Part shown: piece by piece, positions 5,827-14,419 of the stretch
How positions within the stretch are numbered: position 1 is the stretch's first letter
How the letters are laid out: each line of letters opens with the position of its first letter
DNA from: a virus
Reading direction: 5' to 3' (one strand)
Length of the DNA: 64,000 nt
IMG/VR virus record: IMGVR_UViG_3300025870_000008
Location: 16,843 to 80,842 of that record
Notes under the pieces: generated by a model
The model's database searches: none
The model's input: the letters and a program-made list of their open reading frames with translations, nothing else
What the model was told of the DNA's origin: nothing
Translations under genes and position numbers: made by a program

Positions 5827-8790
5827 ATGTCCCTAATAGATTCACTGGAAGAATTCCGCGAGCAATATTTCCCGAAAATTTCGCCGCAAGCAGAATACAA
5901 GATTATTAAAAAAAACGACTCTCCTCAAAATAATGGTATATTTAATGATGCGAGATTGCTCTCTCTAAAGGAGTCTACCCGCACTCGCACGGGAAAAGAG
6001 AAAACTTCTTTGTTCGATAAATACAACCCAAATCCTGACCAAAGCATAAGTTTAGAAGATTATGCGTTAGCGAAAGAATCGATGGGAGAGGAGCCGTTTG
6101 CGCAACTTTACAGACAGCACGTCTTAGAAATACTTAACCCTACTTCTTATGAGTCGCAAGCTAGTTTTAGATATAAGGCTACAGCTAGTGACGATACATC
6201 CTCATGTGATAGCATGAAACCACAGCAGGTTTCAAATGACACATGGGACTTCGTTAAGTCGATCTATGATGATATTTGCGACGATGGTGGTGGCTGTGAC
6301 GAGGGAGTCGTAACAGATTGCGAAGGAACTTGCGGGGGCGGAAAAACCTTCGATTGTCTTGGTGTTTGCGGCGGAACCGCCGCAACTGATTCTGTAGGAC
6401 AATGTTGTGAGCCTTCAGAAATGGGATGCGATGGCAAGTGCGCAGGTGAACTTGGGATATCTTTTCAGAGAACGGATGCGAAAGGTGCTAGCGAATGCTG
6501 TGAAACCACTAATGTAGAATGTGTAAAGTGTACCAGAGAATCTGGAGAATCCTATACGATGTGTCCAGAACATGAATCACCTGGAGGTAATGACGGTGGT
6601 GGTAGCGGTGGTGGTAGTAGCAACAACGCTTCTACGAAGATATGCGAATCGATGTATTTGCCACCCTCTAACATTTTCGAAAAAGAAGGAAAAGCTGTAA
6701 AAATAAATTTTGAGTCTGTGCCAGAATTAAGCGGGGTATATATTCCTAAAAGCAATCTAGCAGACTCTTGGATTCTAAATAGTAACGGGATTAATATAGC
6801 CAAAATTGAAACTTTGAAAAGTTTCGAAGGAACTTGTTTGATTCATTGGGAACTTTCTTTTAAAACTCAAAACGGAGAATTGGTAGATGTCGACAGCTCA
6901 GAAGAGGAGTGGGACCGCAAAATTTCAGTTTTATCAAAAAAATTCAGTGTATCTTACCCTAATAAGATTTTACAAAAATTTGTTTCTACAGCGGAATCTT
7001 TAATAAAAACCAACCCATCAGAGGTAGAAATACGCGCGGCTGTCAACGAATTAAGAGAATACTTTGATTTTTGGCCTGACAAAAAAAATATTTTAGATTT
7101 CACTACTTCAAATATAAGTGCACGTGATTCGCTTGCCAACGCTTTAGATTTTGTTACTAATACATTAAGTGGTGCATATGAAACCCAAGCATCAAAAATC
7201 CGAGCAGAGGTCATTGACTACGACTATAATGTGCCTAGTGATGATACAAGTTCAGAATTTTGTGCAACTTCTTTATCTGGAGGGAAAACGGCTTTCCACT
7301 GGAAAGCTCCATTAAGAACCAACCAAACTGGATGGAGAATTGCCATCAAGATTGTTGATGGCATTGTTGATATTAATCATGATGTAAGTGCAGACAGATG
7401 TGGTCACACAGTAACCAGAAATGATTCGTGGGAGCAAATTGAGCTCATGAGGCGTTATAGTAATGGCAATACTGATACTGCAAAAACTTTACTGGTGAAT
7501 CAAATGGATTCTTGCTTAGAGTCTACTATATGCCCTTCATCGGACACTAAGTTAATTCAGAAAAAACTATCTTTTCGATGGGGCTGTAATTCAGTTTTCA
7601 GTTCTGAAGTTGTTACGGTTGATTTCTCAATAGAAAAAGATGCTATAGAAAATTATATAGATGTAAAAGTTTTAAGCTCATCAACTGAGTATTGCGACGG
7701 AGCAGATAATATTTATTTTGATAATGTAAAAATATTAGACGATAATTCAAATATTGAGGTTGACTATACTAGTCAAGTAGAAAAATATAAATATATTAAA
7801 AATGACGAACAATCTTCTACTTTTGAAGTATGGCTACGTATCAAGCATCCAACTATCACAAATGGAGCATTTGAGGATTTCATAGTTATTCAGCCAGCTC
7901 CAACCCCAACCGAAACTCAAACTCAAACTCAAACTCAAACTAACTTTCAATCTTCCTCCTTAGGTAATTTTAAGTTTTACGCAATGAAAGAAGACTTGGG
8001 GTATTTAGAAACTTGTTCGGCTGGATATTTTGTTTTATCTCTGAAGAAGTATAATGAAAATAATTTCGTACAACAAGGAACAAATAAAGTTTTTTCCAGC
8101 GGCTCTTCGGGGTCAAATATGTACAATGTTCCATTTTTAACTCTTGGAGACGAAGGTTCAGAGATTGCAATTGACGCTGGAGACACTATTAAATTAAGGT
8201 ATAGAGCTATGCCTCTGTCAGGCAGTCCTTACCTGGGTACAGGATGTTATTCTTTTTATCAAAAACCCAATAAGATTTCTATTGAACATGGAAATGTTGA
8301 AGATACTGGTGCTACGTCCAATCCAGTTATTACTGGATGGTTAAAAAATGCTGAATTAGCTAATTCTAGCAGTGAGGCATTTACTGATTTTGAATATACA
8401 TTCTCGGAATCCGACGGGGACAAATTGACCTGGTGTGCAGTAATGAAAAGTGCCCCAATTACTGACTTTAAGGTTTCTGGAGGGGGCCTCGGGTCACCTT
8501 TCTATAATTTTATATTCCAGCATCCATATGGTAATGAAATTACCACATCTAGCTTACGGCTAGTCCCTGGGCTTACCTATACTTTCACTGCAGATGGAAT
8601 AAGTGCATCTCACCCGTTCTCGATTGGGCCTAGCTATGGTAATACTTCTCTAGGGTGGGTCAGCGGCTCTGCTTTAACAGGTAGTTCGGGGACTATAACG
8701 GTTGATGTTCCTTCTGATTACAGTGGTGATCTTTATTATTTTTGCAAACATCACACTAGCATGATGTCTGAAATACAAATTTTAAATTAA
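5827..8790 (+). CDS. large Cys-rich repeat protein with C-terminal cupredoxin-like domain (probable virion/surface protein)
   Basis: DCxGxCGG repeats, Gly/Ser and TQ linkers, and C-terminal HPF...LYYFCKHHTSM. ATG 5827 preferred over GTG 5782. Confidence 0.7.
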   Translation: MSLIDSLEEFREQYFPKISPQAEYKIIKKNDSPQNNGIFNDARLLSLKESTRTRTGKEKTSLFDKYNPNPDQSISLEDYALAKESMGEEPFAQLYRQHVLEILNPTSYESQASFRYKATASDDTSSCDSMKPQQVSNDTWDFVKSIYDDICDDGGGCDEGVVTDCEGTCGGGKTFDCLGVCGGTAATDSVGQCCEPSEMGCDGKCAGELGISFQRTDAKGASECCETTNVECVKCTRESGESYTMCPEHESPGGNDGGGSGGGSSNNASTKICESMYLPPSNIFEKEGKAVKINFESVPELSGVYIPKSNLADSWILNSNGINIAKIETLKSFEGTCLIHWELSFKTQNGELVDVDSSEEEWDRKISVLSKKFSVSYPNKILQKFVSTAESLIKTNPSEVEIRAAVNELREYFDFWPDKKNILDFTTSNISARDSLANALDFVTNTLSGAYETQASKIRAEVIDYDYNVPSDDTSSEFCATSLSGGKTAFHWKAPLRTNQTGWRIAIKIVDGIVDINHDVSADRCGHTVTRNDSWEQIELMRRYSNGNTDTAKTLLVNQMDSCLESTICPSSDTKLIQKKLSFRWGCNSVFSSEVVTVDFSIEKDAIENYIDVKVLSSSTEYCDGADNIYFDNVKILDDNSNIEVDYTSQVEKYKYIKNDEQSSTFEVWLRIKHPTITNGAFEDFIVIQPAPTPTETQTQTQTQTNFQSSSLGNFKFYAMKEDLGYLETCSAGYFVLSLKKYNENNFVQQGTNKVFSSGSSGSNMYNVPFLTLGDEGSEIAIDAGDTIKLRYRAMPLSGSPYLGTGCYSFYQKPNKISIEHGNVEDTGATSNPVITGWLKNAELANSSSEAFTDFEYTFSESDGDKLTWCAVMKSAPITDFKVSGGGLGSPFYNFIFQHPYGNEITTSSLRLVPGLTYTFTADGISASHPFSIGPSYGNTSLGWVSGSALTGSSGTITVDVPSDYSGDLYYFCKHHTSMMSEIQILN
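7915..7938 (+). repeat. (ACTCAA)4 tandem repeat encoding a TQ linker
   Basis: Read directly from the sequence. Confidence 0.85.
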
Positions 8791-8844
8791 TAAAAATCAT
8801 TTGTATTGAAAAATAGTGTAAATAGAATTATACTATAATTAAAT

Positions 8845-9573
8845 ATGCCAAGAAAGAAAAAACCTGAAATTGATAATGATCAGGATATAGATAGAATAGT
8901 TGGTTCAATCAGAAAAACAAAAATTAAAACACATAAATTTGAGTTTTCTGAAAAGCAAAGCGAGCTATTAAAAATTATTTTTGACAAAGATACAAAAGTA
9001 GTATTTATATCTGGCCCAGCGGGAACAAGTAAAACGTTTATGACGATTTATGCAGCGATTCACTTGTTTAACATGAACAATGATTACTCCATCGGATACG
9101 TGAGATCAATCATTGAGAGTGCTGACAGAGGAATGGGAGCACTTCCTGGAACTGTAGATGAAAAGTTTTGTCCATTCATGATGCCTTTAAACGATAAGCT
9201 GCATGAGCTCACAAGCTCTTCTGAAGCTAAAACGATGGTAGACAAAGGTATTGTATCCGCAATGCCAATAAACTACCTCAGGGGGGCTAGTTTTAAAGAT
9301 CAGATAATTATCGCCGACGAATCTCAAAACTTCACATCGAAAGAACTCATAACTCTATTAACAAGAATTGGAGAAAACACAAAAATGTTAATTTGCGGTG
9401 ATCCAATGCAAAGTGATATCAATGGAAAAAGCGGTTACCAGCCCATTATGAATATTTTTGATGATGAGCATAGTAAAAAACTAGGTATACATAATTTTCA
9501 TTTTGACCATAGAGATATTAAGCGTAGTGAAATATTAAAATTTATTGTTAAAAAGTTAGAAAAACTAAAATAA
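8845..9573 (+). CDS. phoH: PhoH-family ATPase
   Basis: GPAGTSKT Walker A, YLRGASF, DESQN, GDPMQSD and DIKRS motifs. Confidence 0.93.
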   Translation: MPRKKKPEIDNDQDIDRIVGSIRKTKIKTHKFEFSEKQSELLKIIFDKDTKVVFISGPAGTSKTFMTIYAAIHLFNMNNDYSIGYVRSIIESADRGMGALPGTVDEKFCPFMMPLNDKLHELTSSSEAKTMVDKGIVSAMPINYLRGASFKDQIIIADESQNFTSKELITLLTRIGENTKMLICGDPMQSDINGKSGYQPIMNIFDDEHSKKLGIHNFHFDHRDIKRSEILKFIVKKLEKLK

Positions 9574-9714
9574 AGTTGTAATTTAATAATAAATTAACTT
9601 CTTTAAAAGGGTATTTTTATTGAAATAGAGGGTTTTAAGCTTCTGTGTGGACTATATTTTTTTACACAATGAAGGTTTATTTTTTGGTCTAAAAGTGTAT
9701 AATTTAATACTGGC

Positions 9715-10896
9715 ATGATTGACCAAATGCAAATTATAAAACATATAAAAACTAACTTACCTATAGTTTGTTTAGATCAAATAATAAAATACGAGGATAG
9801 CCAAATAGTGGACTGGGGCTTAGTACAAAATAAAATTCCAGAAACCTGGAAGGTTACAAAGGGCGAGGGCGTAAAAGTTATGGTGATTGATACTGGCCAC
9901 CCAGTCCACTCAGATATAGGCGGCAATGTGATTATAGGAGATAACTTTGTAGAAGATGAGCCTCATGAAGATCTTAATGGGCATCAAACTCATTGCACTG
10001 GAATTATATGCGCTAAAAACAATAAATTTGGCATGGTTGGGGTTGCTCCAGAGGTTCAATGTATATCAGTTAAAGCATTAAATAAAAACGGCTCTGGTAG
10101 CTTTAATGGTTTAGCTAAAGCTTTAGACTATGCGGTAAAAATAAAACCAGATATAGTTTCCATGAGTTTAGGGTCTCCAACTTACAGTGCATTAATCCAT
10201 AAAAAAATAAAAACTTTATATAATTTAAATATTCCTGTAGTATGTGCAGCGGGAAACTCTGGTAATGGCGGTGTTAATTATCCAGCGGCGTTTGAGGAAA
10301 CGATAGCGGTAGCTTCCTACAATAAGCGGGGTGGAATATCTTTTTTTTCATCAAAGGGCGAAGAGGTTGATTGGGCAGCTCCAGGGGAAAAAATATATAG
10401 TACATATTTAGGCAATAAGTATTCTGTGCTAAGCGGAACTTCTATGGCTTGCCCATTTTTGGTTGGAATTATAGCTTTAATGTTGTCGAAACACAGGTTG
10501 GAAGAGTCTCAGACTGGATACAATGACTGTAAAACAATTTCCCAAATCAAAGAGCATTTATTGAAGTATACACAAGATAAGGGGGCTAAGGGAAAAGATA
10601 ATCAATGGGGATATGGAGTAATAAATACAAAGGAAATGATCCTAGATAAAAATCCCGATGATGAATTTCCCGAGCCCCCTTTGGCACCCAAACCCAAGCC
10701 TGAACCTAAGCCTGAACCCGCCCCAAGCTTCTTAAAAAAGCATTTAGCATGGGTTGTACTCGGATTTTTCTTGTTAACAGTTGTGGCGTTTTATATTGCA
10801 TCGACTATTCAAGATGATAGCAATATAGATATTCCATACATTGATGAACAAGGAAATGTAGACTGGGACAAAAAATTTAAACTAGAAACACAATGA
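9715..10896 (+). CDS. subtilisin-like S8 serine protease with Pro-rich linker and C-terminal TM anchor
   Basis: Catalytic motifs IDTG, GHQTHCTG, AAGN and GTSMACP; PKPEP linker followed by a hydrophobic helix. Confidence 0.92.
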   Translation: MIDQMQIIKHIKTNLPIVCLDQIIKYEDSQIVDWGLVQNKIPETWKVTKGEGVKVMVIDTGHPVHSDIGGNVIIGDNFVEDEPHEDLNGHQTHCTGIICAKNNKFGMVGVAPEVQCISVKALNKNGSGSFNGLAKALDYAVKIKPDIVSMSLGSPTYSALIHKKIKTLYNLNIPVVCAAGNSGNGGVNYPAAFEETIAVASYNKRGGISFFSSKGEEVDWAAPGEKIYSTYLGNKYSVLSGTSMACPFLVGIIALMLSKHRLEESQTGYNDCKTISQIKEHLLKYTQDKGAKGKDNQWGYGVINTKEMILDKNPDDEFPEPPLAPKPKPEPKPEPAPSFLKKHLAWVVLGFFLLTVVAFYIASTIQDDSNIDIPYIDEQGNVDWDKKFKLETQ

Positions 10897-11084
10897 AAGA
10901 AGGTAAAACAATTCATTTTCATTATAATAACGAGGTTAAAACAGGGTTGATTTTAAAAATTTATACCCAAATAGGTGGGGAAAACCATCGGGAAGTAATG
11001 GTGGTAATTAGAATAAATGAGGAAAGCGGTCTTTTCGAGCAGGGTACGATAAATATAAAACATTCCGACTTACACTTAATTTAA
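10893..11084 (+). CDS. hypothetical protein
   Basis: 63 aa with ATGA overlap. Confidence 0.6.
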   Translation: MKEGKTIHFHYNNEVKTGLILKIYTQIGGENHREVMVVIRINEESGLFEQGTINIKHSDLHLI

Positions 11085-11126
11085 TTAAAATAGAAAAAAA
11101 CCAAAATTATCCGTATAATATGTTAT

Positions 11127-11369
11127 ATGGACATGGTAATATCTTCTTTAGTTGGCGCTGTTTCAGCTATTATTGTGGCATTTATACATTTAAAAAATGC
11201 TAAGAAACAAAAAGACAAAACTTGCGAAAAAATAATCAATAGTTTAAATGTTGATCGGGGTAATATAATTATTATTGATTCTGATAGCCGAAAGGGTTTT
11301 GATTTTAAAGGTAAAATCAAACATTTCTCAAAAGGGAGTGAAAGTAAGGTGTACATTCTAATAAGATGA
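11127..11369 (+). CDS. small membrane-anchored protein
   Basis: N-terminal hydrophobic helix. Confidence 0.6.
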   Translation: MDMVISSLVGAVSAIIVAFIHLKNAKKQKDKTCEKIINSLNVDRGNIIIIDSDSRKGFDFKGKIKHFSKGSESKVYILIR

Positions 11370-11659
11370 GTGTTAAATATTGCCCCCACTGCGGAGAAAA
11401 AAATACTTTCGTTGGGAAAGCTCCTAATTTTTGTAACTATTGCGGTTCCAGCTTTAGCTCTAAAAGTATTAGTTTAAATAATCGATCTAACTCCACAACC
11501 AATACTGAACAAATTGAAACTTTTGATGCTGATTATACGGATGCAAATTACGTGCCTAATATAACTAAATTAAGTTATGAAACAGAAGGTTTTCAAAAGA
11601 AAACTTTTAAATTTGACGAGTTAATCAGTGAAGAACAACGAAAAACCCAAGAAACCTAG
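11366..11659 (+). CDS. zinc-ribbon protein
   Basis: YCPHCG...FCNYCG motif. Confidence 0.8.
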   Translation: MSVKYCPHCGEKNTFVGKAPNFCNYCGSSFSSKSISLNNRSNSTTNTEQIETFDADYTDANYVPNITKLSYETEGFQKKTFKFDELISEEQRKTQET

Positions 11660-12368
11660 AGGCAGGCCTAGGAAAAAAACTTTTGAGGATAATCAAGATT
11701 TTATATTTGAAAAAATAAATCTTAGAAAAAACTCTTGGTTTTTAAGTTCCGTAAGTTGGATATCGTGGGAGGATGTCAGCCAGATTGTTGCTCAACACAT
11801 TTATACAAAATGGCACCTTTGGGACCAAAAGAGACCTTTAACACCTTGGGTAAACAGAATTATAACCAATCAAATCAAAAATTTATTAAGAAATTACTAT
11901 GGTAATTTTTTAAGACCCTGTTCTCAGTGCCCTTTCAATAACACGGGGTCTATAGACTACTTAAACGAAAAAGAAAATGGGTGCTCTTGGACTAAATCTG
12001 GTAAGCAAGACTGCACATGCCCTTTGTTTAAAAAATGGAATAATACAAAAAAACATTCTTTTCATATAAATACTGCTAGTAGTATAGAAAGTTTAACCAC
12101 GGAGCAATCCTCTAGGGATAAAAATTTCAATATTGATCGTTCAACTGAAAAACTGCACGTTTATATGAAATCCCATTTAAACCCAAAGCAATACAAAATA
12201 TACAAAATGCTTTACATAGAACATAAAAGCCCTCAGGAGACAGCTCAATCTTTAGGCTACAAGAGTAGTGAAAAGGGTAGGCATGCTGGATATAAACAAA
12301 TTAAAAATTTTGAAAAACAGTTTAAAGAACAAGCTAAAAAAATAATTAAAAAATATGACATTATCTAA
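11628..12368 (+). CDS. ECF-like RNA polymerase sigma factor with Cys-rich insertion
   Basis: Region-2-like EDVSQ...WD..RPLTPWVNRIITNQIKNLLR and region-4-like LNPKQYKIYKMLYIE..SPQETAQSLG. Confidence 0.7.
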   Translation: MKNNEKPKKPRGRPRKKTFEDNQDFIFEKINLRKNSWFLSSVSWISWEDVSQIVAQHIYTKWHLWDQKRPLTPWVNRIITNQIKNLLRNYYGNFLRPCSQCPFNNTGSIDYLNEKENGCSWTKSGKQDCTCPLFKKWNNTKKHSFHINTASSIESLTTEQSSRDKNFNIDRSTEKLHVYMKSHLNPKQYKIYKMLYIEHKSPQETAQSLGYKSSEKGRHAGYKQIKNFEKQFKEQAKKIIKKYDII

Positions 12369-13404
12369 GGAGCAAAAACAATTTATTATTGATAATTTTA
12401 ATAAAACACCCGATTTGATTGAACTTACTAGGCAAGTATTTGATAACGAAGAGTTGGACGGTAGGACAAAAGAAGGTCGAGCGGTTCGTAAGTTTTTGGT
12501 TGAAAGAGGTTTGAAATTCAATACAACACAAAAACAAAAGAAAGAGGAGATTGAGTTCTCTCAGGAACAAAAAGAATTTATGATTCAGTATGCCAAAGAA
12601 GGTATGACGGCATATGAAATTTCAAAAATATTATTTCCTGAAGTTAATGTTACAAACTTAAGCAAGGAAGTTACAGAAGTTGCTAAGTTTATAGAAGATG
12701 TTGATTTTAGGCTTATGCATCCATCTGAAAACGCATTAAATGCTCAATATTTCCCTCCAAAATCAAATTCTAGAGTCATTAAAAAGATTAACGAATACTG
12801 CCAAGAAGAAATCGATGAAAAGCAGGTGAGTCGCGGGGAAATGGACAATATAGAGAGCACGATGAAGTTTTTGGCGGCACCTCGGTTTATTCAGGTTATT
12901 AACACTTATACATCTGTAGATGATAGAAAACTCTTTGAAGCTGAATATACAAGATCTGTATGGGATAAACCAGACTTAACAAGTGATGAATTAAATTTAT
13001 ATATCAATGTTTGTATGGATTATATACATTTAAAAAATATAAGTAAAGCTATTAATAAATTAAATAGAATGTTTGAAGATTGTGAAGATCAACAAGATAT
13101 GACTGTTAGATTAGCAGAACTATTAAAAACAAAGAGTGAAGAATATAATCAATGTGAAAAGAGACAAGAAACATTGATAGCTAGATTAAATGGAGATAGA
13201 AAAGAAAGAATAAAGAATAAACATAAAGATAATGCATCTATATTATCGTTAGTAAGATTGTTTCAAAATGAAGCTGATAGAAACAGGATGATAGACATGG
13301 CTGAGAAGCAAAAAATGCTAATCGCCCAAGAAGTTGATAATATAGAGAGGATGGATGTCTGGAAGGCTAGAGTACTCGGAATCGCTAAAGATGATGTTTT
13401 ATAG
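12355..13404 (+). CDS. conserved helical phage protein (possible terminase small subunit or DNA-binding protein)
   Basis: Two related LS/FSxEQK helical repeats and a coiled-coil C-terminus; lies upstream of TerL. Confidence 0.55.
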   Translation: MTLSKEQKQFIIDNFNKTPDLIELTRQVFDNEELDGRTKEGRAVRKFLVERGLKFNTTQKQKKEEIEFSQEQKEFMIQYAKEGMTAYEISKILFPEVNVTNLSKEVTEVAKFIEDVDFRLMHPSENALNAQYFPPKSNSRVIKKINEYCQEEIDEKQVSRGEMDNIESTMKFLAAPRFIQVINTYTSVDDRKLFEAEYTRSVWDKPDLTSDELNLYINVCMDYIHLKNISKAINKLNRMFEDCEDQQDMTVRLAELLKTKSEEYNQCEKRQETLIARLNGDRKERIKNKHKDNASILSLVRLFQNEADRNRMIDMAEKQKMLIAQEVDNIERMDVWKARVLGIAKDDVL

Positions 13405-13489
13405 CCTAGACGGGGGTTTTCGCGGTACTTCTATCTCTTGTTGCCATTTAAGGCAATTGGAGAGAAAGGAACAATTTCTTTTTTAAAAA

Positions 13490-14419
13490 ATGAGCATACA
13501 ATGTAAAATATGTGATTCTACTTTTAAATCAGAAAGATCTTTGCATACCCATATCAAAGCTCATGGAATTTATTTATCAGATTATTATATAACATACTAT
13601 CCTAGATATAATTTATATACAAATGAATTAATTCCTTTTAAAAATAAAGGGCAATATTTTAATACGTTTTTTTCAAATAATGTTGAATTGGAAAAGTGGT
13701 TGGCGACAGCCGACTACGAACATGCACAACAAATTTTATTATTAATGCTTAAAAATAGAATAATTAGTAAAAATTTACAATATGCTCCTAATCATTTAGA
13801 ATTAAAACTGCTTGACTTACCAGAAATAAAAATATATAAAGAATTTTTTGGGTCATATAATGAAGCCTGTCGAAGGCTTCAGGTTGAGCCTTTATTCAAC
13901 CAAAGCATAAAAAGTAAATTTTTAGAAAAAAATAAAAATTTAAAAATTTTAGAGATATTAATTGATACTAGAGAGCAGCAACCTTTAAAATTCGAAAAAA
14001 GTCGTTCTATGAAATTAGATTTCGGGGACTATACTGTTGCAGGTCAAGATTACACAGCTACATACATAGACAGAAAATCAGAAACAGATTTTAAATCAAC
14101 AATGACTGTAGGATTCGAAAGATTCAATAGGGAAATGCAAAGATGTATGGATATTAATGCTTTTATGTATATAGTAATAGAAAGCTCTATAGATAAAATA
14201 AAAAGAAATAACAATTCTGGGATCCATAAATCAAATTTAAAATTTATATGGCACCAAATGAGAGTTATGTCTCATAATTATGCCAGGAGATGCCAATTTG
14301 TTTTTTCTGGAGGGAGAAAAAGATCTCAAAACTTAATTGAACTTCTCTTAAGAGGCGGGGAAGACTTATGGAATGTTGACTTGCAATACTATATCGACAA
14401 TAGAATATTAAAATTATGA
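13490..14419 (+). CDS. C2H2 zinc finger + ERCC4/XPF-family nuclease
   Basis: CKIC..F.....LHTHIKAH followed by IDTREQ.P...DFGDY...IDRKS..DF. Confidence 0.8.
   Translation: MSIQCKICDSTFKSERSLHTHIKAHGIYLSDYYITYYPRYNLYTNELIPFKNKGQYFNTFFSNNVELEKWLATADYEHAQQILLLMLKNRIISKNLQYAPNHLELKLLDLPEIKIYKEFFGSYNEACRRLQVEPLFNQSIKSKFLEKNKNLKILEILIDTREQQPLKFEKSRSMKLDFGDYTVAGQDYTATYIDRKSETDFKSTMTVGFERFNREMQRCMDINAFMYIVIESSIDKIKRNNNSGIHKSNLKFIWHQMRVMSHNYARRCQFVFSGGRKRSQNLIELLLRGGEDLWNVDLQYYIDNRILKL

Noticed and set aside
3259-5909. Plus-strand ORFs 3259-3453, 3567-3773, 4629-4814, 4901-5104, 5522-5725 and 5691-5909
   Set aside because: Antisense shadows of promoter-bearing minus-strand genes, or alternative frames with non-ATG starts.
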